Positions 53,901-64,000 of a stretch of DNA of 64,000 nt are shown here, in pieces. How positions within the stretch are numbered: the stretch's first letter is position 1; every line of letters begins with the position of its first letter. Below the pieces are notes generated by a model, which saw only the letters and a program-made list of their open reading frames with translations, was not told the DNA's origin and did no database searches. Where the stretch lies: NCBI GenBank assembly GCA_040954595.2, contig CM082588.2:6460202-6524201 (forward strand). Direction: 5' to 3'. A program made the position numbers and the translations under genes. Origin of the DNA: Balanoglossus misakiensis (Eukaryota; Animalia; Hemichordata).

Positions 53901-54898
53901 TCACTGGCTTTGACACCAACAAAGGTGGAGTAGGCTTTAACAGTTTTTCCTTCTTTGACTTTTCTTGCACAGAAATCTTGTACGAGAGTTCTGTGAAACC
54001 CATTCAAGTCACAGTCTTCTTTGTTCCATTCTTCGTTTACAAATAATACTCCAGGAGGATCAGGAAGATGGAGTTGATGAAGTTTGGCTTCGGGGAAGAG
54101 ACTCTCGTGGATTGCTGAAGCTGCATTCTTTGTTTTGGGAGAACACCCAACAACGTGCTGTATGTTTTGAAGCTCCTTCAGATCTGGATAGTAGATACCA
54201 TGGTTAACAAGCCAGTTTACTCCAGGGGCGTCTTCACGGGGATCCGACCACTTGATTCTTGTTGCTGGGATCAGATTAACACCAGCACGCTTTGCATCTT
54301 TCTTCTGTTCTTCACTCACTTCAACCTCAAGGGTAGTACAGTAGAATTCAGAAACTTTATCTGACTTCAGTGTGTTCTCACGGAATTCAGTTACAAGCTT
54401 GTGCGTGGGTGGTGTCGTCTGATCTTCGGAGTCTGTCTGCCAGGCTGTCGTTACCATTAATGCTGCCGCAGGTGGTGGATCAGGAAGATCGAGTTTATGA
54501 AGTTTGGCATCAGGGAAGAGACTTTCATGAATTGCAGCTGCTGCGTTGTGTGTCTGTGGAGAATATCCGACCACATGTTTGATGTTTTTCAGATCCTTCA
54601 GCCGCGGAAAGTAGACCAAATGGTTAAAAAGCCAGTGTTCTCCAGGTGGATCTTTCTTTGGATCCAACCACTTGTTTCGTAGAGCTGGGATCAAAGTAAC
54701 ATTAACACTCCCTGCATCTTTCTTTTGTTCTTCACTCACTTTAACTTCAAGGGTAGTACAGTGGAATTCAGAAATGTTCTCAGACTTGAGTGTGTTTTCT
54801 TTAAGATGTTTGATTGTAGCTTGAGTTGGTTGGGAGCTGGTTTTTGCCTCCTTGTCCCATGATTTCAATACAACCAGTGCTACAGATGGGTCTGACAT
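47939..54898 (-). CDS. Multidomain protein: three GT-B N-lobe-like repeats, GT4-like C-lobe, TRADD-N-like segment, coiled coil, acidic tandem repeats and NHL beta-propeller; exons 52264-54898, 52005-52087, (~51501-51570, uncertain), 51003-51263, 49850-50671, 49065-49544, 47939-48780
   Basis: 901-aa ORF with EEWNKE..LNGFHRTLV, ASEADVILSIGPKMYEHF and GFIGLESVAIGIPTL; GSLQITV...QSGSL segment; NHL repeats FRQPRGM, FNRPEFIVV, LYLPLCIDVDDDDNVYVCDIGNSRI; same-strand GT-AG exon chain with one junction near 51500-52000 unresolved. Confidence 0.72.
49140..49535 (-). repeat. Coding minisatellite, 108-nt (36-aa) period built from two diverged halves
   Basis: (KGEEETGSGETKHPQPETTEKKESGDAKTKPTQPEM) repeated ~3.5 times. 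Confidence 0.9.
49940..50490 (-). repeat. 285-nt (95-aa) tandem duplication within the coiled-coil exon
   Basis: QKLEKTEKVAFTQLQDVISLKQRL occurs twice; DNA matches at 50041 and 50326. Confidence 0.9.
50919..50985. mobile_element. piggyBac-like MITE copy (internally deleted)
   Basis: TTAA|CCCTTTCACCACCATGGTTCAGTCCAAA...GGGAACTGGGGTGAA. Confidence 0.75.
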
Positions 54899-57218
54899 AT
54901 TGCAGTCCTACCAGGAAGAAGTATGGACAAAGGAAATAAGTGACCCTTTAAATATTCATGCACATGCACAGATCAGCAGCCCTTGAACTGTTGAGTGTGT
55001 ATTTGGTTCTTTCCTTCTTGTAGCAGTACAGAGACAAGTGATTATTTTGAGATGTTTGAACATTATTAACATAGATCTACAAGTTTTGAACAGCGAAATC
55101 TGCAGACCTGGAGGCCAAATTGTAAAAACAATTCTGGTTGTATATAGTTTTGGAACAGTTTACCAATAGACCTGAAAAGTCTAAGCAGCTGTTCATGAAA
55201 ACCTTTTCGCTAAAATTAAAGAAAAAACTAAATTTTATTTGTAGGGCTTCAAAATAGTGCATTCTGGTGAAAAGTCTGATTGTTGCACCATGTGACCTGA
55301 TCTCAACCATTGTACATGTATTACAGTCTTAGTGAAACAATTAGGCTAGAACACTATATTAGCCATACTCTGTATATAAGATCATTTTCAGGTATGATTG
55401 ACAAATACCGGTATGAAGTTATATACTTACACGGAGAGCTCACCCTAGGTGATTTTTGGTTAGCCAATAGAAGTCATTTTACCAACTATGATGGAAGTCA
55501 TCCGTTTTCACTAAAAACAAAAACAAACAAAAACTGACTTTATAAGGCTTCAAAATAGTGCATTATGGGAGAAAAGCTCCAACTATACATTTATCTTTTG
55601 TTCCACAGTCCCTCTATAACAGGGGATTGTGGTTGTACCATGTGACCTGGTCCCAACCATTGTAGTACTGGTGTGACGCACCATTGACCTGCAATGATGA
55701 CCTTTGGATCTCAGCCTGCCCCCACACCCACTGCATGTTGGCATTTTGCATTGACTTAATCAATATAAGTGCTTTGAATCTTGAATTTGGTTACAGGAGT
55801 ATATGTGGAAAAGTAGGAAAAGTCAACATGTGAAAATTGTATTAACCGGAAAGCTCATAGTGACCATTTTTAAGAATTCTTTCATTTTTCATTTCCAGAA
55901 GATAGCATATATAATAACATTCAAAGAGGTTGATAAAAACAATGTCACATTTATGATTATTGCTGATTATGTTTTGATATTTATGAATCATACACATTGG
56001 AGACTCGTTAATTCATATATTGAAAAGTGTAGTGACTTGTGGTTTTGATGCTAGTTCGTTTTGAAGGTGTGTTGTTACACGAGGAAGTCGTTGAGTTTGA
56101 GGACTGAACGGAATTTACAAGACAATAAATCGCAAATTTCAATGCGACATACCTTGCAGTGTTGTGACAGAGCGGTTGACGTCCTCGCAAGGTAGAACTT
56201 CAATCCAGAGACACCGATCTATGCATGTACATGATCCTCAAATTATACGAGGAAATTACTGTTCACCAGGAGAAAAAACAAACCAGAAAGGTGCCCGAGT
56301 GTGGCTTTGACTTGAGTACCATGGAGCTAGACAGTATATGCTTGTCTCGTGATCTGTATAAAAATACCTGTGTTGTACAGAGTCAGGCCAGAGTAGGGGA
56401 ATTCTTTGTTTTGCATCCACTCAAACTGGTGAAATGTTCATGGATAAGGGATTGAAAAATAAGTACAGAAAATGTAATAGATGCATGTTTTATATATGTA
56501 AAATAAATATTCACGCAAATCAAAGCAGTACTTGACTACTTTGTCACCTTCATTCTTCATTATACACCGTAACCATGTACTATGATGTAGTAGCCATGTA
56601 TGTGATTTGAGCAAATTATGATTATTTTGTAACAGTTTTGTGACCAGCAAATGCCAGGTAGGGATGACACTCTGTCTTTGTCATAAATCTTCAAAAAAAC
56701 ACACACAAACAAATAAACAAAAAATGATGTGCGTGTGGGCGCAAAACAAAAAGTTTTCTTACAGTGGCCAACACAGACTGGGCATGCGCTCAAAGTTCAA
56801 TTGCCTGTGTCCTTTTACACAACATATCAGGCATTCAGATCGCTATTCAAATCTGGCAACCTTTGAAACGAATGCACTGCAGCTTCATGAATCTAAGTTT
56901 TATATACCTTTCACTAATGTTTTTGATATTCTCAAGTGATTGGCATTTTTGTCGCCTTGACTGCTCAGCCAACGTATACATTTTTGTCAAGTTTCACTTT
57001 GAGGTTTGTTGACAGCATATGTAATGAGGTAGAGGTCAGATAGGGTCAAGCTTGAACTGTGTCACTGTTGACAAAGTAAAATTTAGATAATTTACAACTA
57101 CAAATAAGTATAATACCAACAAATATGGTATTATGGTTTATATTATGCAAGAAATCAAGTAGTACATTTTCTAGACTAGAAGGGGGCTTCTGATATTTTT
57201 TAAGAATGCAAAAAATAG

Positions 57219-57326
57219 CATACATACATACATACATAAATACATACATACATACATACATACATACATACATACATACATACATACATACATACATACA
57301 TACATACATACATACATACATACATA
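57219..57326. repeat. (TACA)n microsatellite
   Basis: About 26 TACA units. Confidence 0.95.
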
Positions 57327-59046
57327 CGGTACTGTCACACACACACATGCTTGCATATACATTACATGCAACTATGGCATTTTCCTTGATTTCTAGAGTT
57401 TATTCACGGTTATCAGACAAGAGCTGCGTGTAAGCAAAATGTGTTTAACAAGTCAAATAATAAAACACAAATATTATGTACACATCATTACAAAAGAAAT
57501 GGGGAAAAAACTATTTTCATTATATGTACAAAATCATGAGTAAATGCCTGTTTGGAATGTGACACCTATTGCAGGAACTGTAAAAGTTATTTTACAATGA
57601 AATTTAATCTTATCACTTTGAGCCTAGCTTTGTGATTTTGCTTTTGACGACTTTTATGTACAGCCAGCAATTCCTAAACAAAACCTGAAATACTTACAAT
57701 CAGTTCTATATTTACAAAGAAATGATAATTACAAAACATGTAAATGTGCAAAACAATCTCTGATACAGAGATAAGACAACAAGTAGACATAAATAAAGCA
57801 AACTTTCCATCTCAGCGACCTTTTCCATCATTCAGCCACAGAAACTGGAATTCTGGTTTTTCATTCGCAAAATAGTACTGATGCAGACTGCATGGGGGCG
57901 CTCTACCAGACAACGGTTTCACATGGATGCCATATTTGGGATGGGTTCATTTCTCGCTGTCATCTAAGATGGCGTCAGAATTAACATGGCCAAATACTAT
58001 GAAAAACAGATCATCAAATGATTTCCTCTCTAGCCATATTATCAGCTGTTACTTGTCACGACCGTTATAAAATATACAAAAAAGATCACTACAAAATATA
58101 TATTTTTATAGAAATTTTTATGGTCGTCTTACTTGAGTGCAAATTTCTCTTATTCCAGACTTTATCTTGTGGTTAAAAAGTTGCTGGTCAACGACATAGT
58201 GTAAAGGTCTATTCTATCATCTGGTTCTTCACAAAATGTATTCCTCTTCCCCAAACTACAAGTCACCCCACATAACCCTACACACAATGTATTTCCATGT
58301 ATTTACTACTTGTGTGTCAACTATAACAAAAACAAGGAGATCATTTGTATTTACAAGTCAGTATTCCTTTACAAAATAACTGGAGTGTCCTGAAATATTT
58401 TCAAACACTCAAATAATATAAGATACACTCGCTAAAAAAAATCTCAATGAGAAATACTATATATATACAAATGTACATCAATCTTTACAAAATTTTGGTG
58501 ATATTACTTTCGTTTAAAATACATTGTTTGCATTTTTTTTTCATTCATTAAAAAATCTTTTTTTTCTTCTAAAACACTGGCATCCTAGAAAAAAATACAC
58601 TTTAATAGAAGCTATAATCACTCCACTGTGCAGTGTACTAAAATATTTCTGACACTTCCTTTCTCTTGGTGACCTATGATGTCACACAGACGTAGACTTT
58701 TTTCCCAGCGTTAGCAGTTCTACAAATGAAATGCATAATCAGACCACAGACAGACTATATATATGCCCAAAGAGCAGTAGCAACTTCTGAGGTGTTACAT
58801 CCTGAAATCTCACGGCCCATTTCTCATAGCCAAGGTGGACGGCAGCGATCTTCATATCATGATATACGTGTAACTACAGCCTTGCTATGCAGATGATGTC
58901 TGTAATTTGCATATGACCTTTGACCCACGGCGCATACGCCTGGTGCCCGTTCGAAGTCGTCGCACCGGTTTCCCACTTCGTATTCTTACACTGCACAGTG
59001 AAGACACCAACAATTCACCCTTGACTCCGCTGTGACGTAAATGTCC

Positions 59047-62000
59047 TCAGTGTCTGTAATTAACCCTACGAATGTTTTTGTTGATTGGTTCCCTCCGGTT
59101 GATCCCCGTAGATGCCGCCATGGCAACACCGTTTCGGTCGACGCCCGCTGAATGCATCCTCATAGTATACTGGATGGACAGAAGGATAGTAATTATGGTT
59201 ATAATGCCCCTGAAATGATGTCAGTTTTACCGGGTCTGAATGTGGTCAAGTGTACAGGAAGTCGGAAGTCAAGTGTACAGGTAAGTTCAGTAAATTATTG
59301 AAGACAACTATTTTAAACTTACCTGTGTGGGTTTGGTTGCCATGGATGAACCCTGTAAATTGGTATCTGTAACAACTGAAATGCAGCAACAGAAATGTTA
59401 TGTTCTTGTCAATTGAAAATTCATGGACATTTTTGAGGCTATCTACTTTGAGCTCCGGGGCGAATAGTATGGGCATCATGATTACATGTATATCAGTGAT
59501 AGAACATCCTGATGTAGGTATCATTGTACTGCAGGGTGTCAATAGAGCTGTGTTTGTGAGCAGACAAGATGGAAGCCATCTTAGCCGTGACTATGGCAAC
59601 TATCATAGCAACAAAGCTGTGACTATGGCAAGTATCATAGCAACAAAGCTGTGTCTATGGCAACTATCATAGCAACAAAGCTGTGACTATGGCATCGGCA
59701 GGTGTTACCGTGCCATCTTTCATGGCAGCAATAGCAATAGCAGCTCTGGCAAACAGGATGCTTAAATCTGCAGTGCTAGGTGTACATAGCTTGTTCTTAT
59801 ACTTGTCAGGGTATATATAATTATGTGTAAATAGCAAAACACTATTGAATGTGCATATGTTGTCAACATGTGTTGAATTCTCTTCTGGGTGTAAGACTAC
59901 TGTTGGAATCAAACACTGAAATGTTTCATAGAAACTTTAGGGGAAACTAACAAGTGAAACTCTATTTCTTCAAAGTTGATATATTACACTGCATGTATGG
60001 GACTGAGCTGGATATTGTTTGTGATCTGTTACACTGTGACAGATATCAGAAAACCTTCGACCCTTTCTGAAAATTGCCAAAGAATGATTACCAAAAAACT
60101 TTGAATTTACTCACTTCGAAGTCTCTCATTTAATCTGTCTAAGGACTGTAAGATTCGTTGTTCTTCCAAAGACAAGGCTGACGGTGCTATTGGGAAGAGA
60201 GAATAAAAGTGTACAAGGCTTTCAGTGGCTTGGTATGTCAAAATAACATGGTTGAAATAAGCGAACTCTGTAGGGAGATCTCTTATAACAGTTGCCTCGC
60301 TTGTTGTTGGAAAGACTGCTTTCCAATATGCAACTGTACTTATCAATGATAACGAAACACAACACTAAGTTCAAATTACAAAATTGCAATTCAGTATTTT
60401 TGTACAGATGCAACAGAATATAAAACGACTATTACAACCAGAATGCATGTAGTACTATTGACTTTTTTAGAATAAGCTCACCACCTGTACATGTGGTGCA
60501 GTTGGCTATTAAACCCAGAGAGGTATGAAAAAAATGGCAATCATATTTTCTTGTTTAAACCAGAGGCAAATATCTGCTTGCATTGTGTTCAGTTGTTATC
60601 CATACATTTCGCATGTATTTGCCATAAATTTTGTATGTATTCATACTGATCATAATTCATTATAACAAATGAATGAAAATACACTAAAAAATTCAACCTG
60701 CATGTAGTCTATTGTTTTAGAACAACACAACATCACATCACATCACTATGTAAATAATGTGACAACACAGCACAGCATATAATAAAACATGACATCCAAC
60801 AAACAAAACAAACCACACAAACATGCATTCAGGATCAACTGCATGTAATATGTATACAGGTACATGTATTTCCCTTTCCATGCAATTAGACCATTGATGA
60901 AACTGTTGCCATGGCAGCTATAAGAATGACAAAAGAATGATCTTTACAATGTACAAATGAGCATGTACCATTGATGATGAAATTGCATAAACCGATGAAA
61001 TCTACACTTATAACTTCATAGATAATGTATATTCTGACGTTTCTAGCCTGAAACCATTTGATTGAAATCTCATTTAGTAGGTTTCTGTCCAATTATCCAT
61101 TCTGGAAATAGGAGTTTCAAATAACTAAATGATGAATTTGTGCTCTATACGAGCAGTAGACTAGTGTTTTTGTCAAACTAGCCCGAGTGCATCTGATCCA
61201 CAATTTTTTAATTTTCATTTTGATTCAGCTGTCCTGCACGCAATCAGTAATTTTGACCATTATAGTTGGCAAATGAGACAAAAGAAGTTAAATTTTCCTT
61301 AGCTACCCCCCCCCCCCCCCCACCAACAATAAGTATTGCCATGTTCTGCTGTTTTGTACTGACTACACCTCACTCATCAGAAATGCATTGTGATGTTTGC
61401 CTACATGTACATGGGTGAGACGGCAGAATGAGTCGTCTTGTGAATTCAAATGTGTTGCGGTTATTCCCACATTACAACTACATGAACATTGTACTATGAA
61501 CATGATGACAACTTGTGGTAATTTACACGTGACAGTTAAAACATTACAGTCTGAAGTTACATGTACACGTGCAGGAAAGCAGGCATGCATGCAGGATTAG
61601 AGATGGTCCTGAAATTAGGGTGGTTCCATTCGTAGTATTAGGTGTGGTTCCACAGCAGGGTGATTCCATTGCCCACATTAGGCAGGGGGGTGGTTCCACT
61701 GCAGTATGAGAGAGGGGGGTGGTTCCAATCCATCAACACAAACACGTTCTCCAGCATGCCATGGCCAAAAAAAATCAGGCCCGGTCAATCTTACCTTTGT
61801 TTCGCAGAGAATTTGAGCCGTTTTCGGCGACAGTGGCCCTGGCTTCAGGGTGGGTTTTACCGTCATTGTTATCACCGTCGTGATTCTCACCTTTGCTAGA
61901 ATACGGCTGCCCCGCGGTCGAGGCAGCCTGGTGTTGGCGCTGCAAGGCGGCTGCGATGTCGGCTTCTGTCAGCTCGGGTTGCTGCGATAGCTTCTCCGCT

Positions 62001-64000
62001 GTTTGGAACAGTTGTAAGCTCTCGGTCAAACCTGTGAAACAAAGTGACAAAAAATACACAATAATGAAGTGTGCATTTTGAAATTCTGTCTCTATACCTT
62101 TCAATGTATGTATACAGTCAAACCCCTGTTAGTGGTCACCTCTATATAGTGGCCACTTTGTTACAGTCCCTGTGCAATTCACATGTGTGTTAATTAACCT
62201 CTATATAAAGGTCACCTCTCTATAAGGGCCAGTTGAGGAAAGTCCATTGACTGGCCACTATAGAGAAGTTTGACTGTATTTATTTATTTATTTATTAAAA
62301 AGAGGCATCTGTATTTACTATTAAAGCCACTGAACATGCGCATGCCAACAGAACCATATCACACTACAACACAGCCAGTCCCTGAAAAAAAAAAATTGGC
62401 CTTTGTCCATTAACCTCTATAGACACAGTTGATGGCCATACTTGTCCTCTTTAAATCTCACAATGTGCCGATAAATCTCTCTCTCTCTGCGGCAACGTGT
62501 CATGACATGCCCCAGCCAGTGAGTAAATCTTTATAACTGTCAGTGGTGATCAAGAATAAGTGCCAATGCCCTGAGTGGTGACCAAGCTTTGCTAGGCAAT
62601 GGACAGCTGAGGGGAAATGGAGTCAATGGTAACAAGTGGCTCTTTAAGAAACTCGGTTACACTGTATAGTCATGATTGAGTGTGACAGACTATAGGCCTT
62701 TAGAATCTATACCGCTGCAATGACTCTGTGCATGTACATGTACTCCACTAAAAATAATGGAGCATTCATTAACAAAATCCTGACATGACTCATGAGTCAA
62801 TGTGGTCAGTCACATTAGCCTGCAATCTTTAACCCTTTCACCACCATGGTTCAGTCCAAACCCATTGTCTCGTATGGTAAAGTTGGACCTTTAAAGAGGG
62901 AACTGGGGGTGAAAAGGGGAGACCTATAGTACACGTTACGTATATTGTATTGTTGTATTGATCCAATAATTAAAATTACCAGCTACATGTACTGAGTGTA
63001 GACAAAATATGCCTTGTTACATTATCAATTTAGGAAGCCCCAAAATATCAAATCCATAAATTCAAATCATGAAATTGTATCGATAAAGCCAACTGCCAGT
63101 GAATTCCAAAGCAATTTAACATACCTGGGTCAGTTGCATATGGTTGAATGGTTTCATACTCTGTCTGTTGCTGTGCGTCGTTGCCGAACTTCTGTAGACT
63201 GTTCACCCTCTTGGCGTGTTGTTTGCGGAGCTGGAGAAGTCGGATGTAAGAATTGCCGCTCTGAGAGCCATTCGACCTCGTCACCTTCCGGAGAGTGCTA
63301 CCGGAACCGTTGCCGGAGCTCTCGGCCATGTTGTTAGGGGTTACTGTAGTCGGACGGAGCTGCGATACGAATTGTCTTCCGTCGATCGTCTGTTTTTGCA
63401 CCGTGGCCGCTTGCCGATTCGCGGGCACGTCGCTGGCGCGCCTGGGGACGACGTCTCGGTCGCTCTCCCGGGAACTGAGACAGGTGCGGACTTTGTCCCA
63501 CAGCCAGTTGATTTCCTCGTCTGTCGGCGTCTTCTCCAGGGGCGGCCCGTTGTACACGTAGCCCCGCGTTCGGGCGTCGCCGTTTTGCTGGACTTCGCCC
63601 CGCGCCGTCGCCCGGCTATCACTACCACCGCCGCCGTCGGGCTGAGCGACTCCGTTACTCACGGCTGTGGCTTTGCCGGCGCTGCCGTTCTGCGCCATCA
63701 CCGTTCTCCTGGTCGCCGCCACGGGCTGCGGTTTCAACCCCGGCCGCGTCTTGGCCCCCGGAGATTTCCGGGCCGACCCGGCGCTGGCCGAGCGCGGCGC
63801 CTTGACGGACGCCGGGACTTTGGATATGGACAGCGTGGTGGCTGAGAACGGCCGCCTCTTGCCGAGGCCCTCGCCGTTCCCCCGCGGCGTCCTCAGCTCC
63901 TGCGTCAGTTTGCTGTGCTTCTCCCAGTCGGTCCACCGAACGCTCTTCTTCTTCCCGGAGTCCTCGAACGGATCCTGTTTCATCTTGGCAACGTCGATAC
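59047..64000 (-). CDS. CEP126: CEP126 (KIAA1377)-like, 3' part; exons 63125->64000, 61795(or 61891)-62031, 60115-60186, 59323-59375, 59047-59169
   Basis: PLEKTPTDEEINWLWDKVRTCL, LTESLQLFQTAEKL and SALSLEEQRILQSLDRLNERL resemble the conserved C-terminal blocks of CEP126 as I recall them; GT-AG introns in phase; gene continues beyond the window. Confidence 0.72.
59587..59694. repeat. 32-bp minisatellite (~3.4 units) with X-box-like cores
   Basis: GTGACTATGGCAACTATCATAGCAACAAAGCT repeated at 59587, 59619, 59651, 59683. Confidence 0.9.
62115..62276. mobile_element. Tc1/mariner (pogo/Tigger-like) MITE
   Basis: TA|CAGTCAAAC ... GTTTGACTG|TA with internal CACCTCTATA subrepeats. Confidence 0.85.
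62833..62919. mobile_element. piggyBac-like MITE copy
   Basis: TTAA|CCCTTTCACCACCATGGTTCAGTCCAAA...GGGGGTGAAAAGGGG. Confidence 0.78.

Noticed and set aside
55240-55665. Local direct repeat (GCTTCAAAATAGTGCATT ... ACCATGTGACCTG..CAACCATTGTA)
   Set aside because: Looks like an ordinary decayed intronic duplication with no functional signal
63216-63845. 209-aa plus-strand ORF
   Set aside because: Antisense shadow of the GC-rich CEP126-like exon

Overview
Intron-rich, AT-rich animal genomic DNA; the gene and repeat style suggests a marine invertebrate deuterostome such as a hemichordate (inference only). Gene order: CEP43/FGFR1OP (-, 14 exons, with an unexpected EF-hand pair); two tandem ENPP4/5-like ectophosphodiesterases (+); an intronless RRP1/Nop52 gene (-); a broken BHMT-like paralog whose middle exons are replaced by two arrays of a ~555-bp satellite; an intact BHMT-like gene (-) head-to-head with a divergent ammonium transporter (+); an NXPE gene (+); an orphan coding exon (+); a large multidomain gene (-) with triplicated glycosyltransferase-like N-lobes, a TRADD-N-like segment, coiled coil, acidic repeats and an NHL propeller; and the 3' part of a CEP126-like gene (-). 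Several MITE families (piggyBac-, Harbinger-, pogo-like, foldback) and microsatellites are present. The most unusual items are the satellite, whose units combine a tRNA-like Pol III cassette with a nested triple palindrome where both left array junctions fall, the pseudo-GT/TRADD-N/NHL candidate immune receptor, and the EF-hand CEP43. All exon calls were made by eye from GT/AG boundaries and reading-frame phase; family assignments come from remembered motifs, not database searches.
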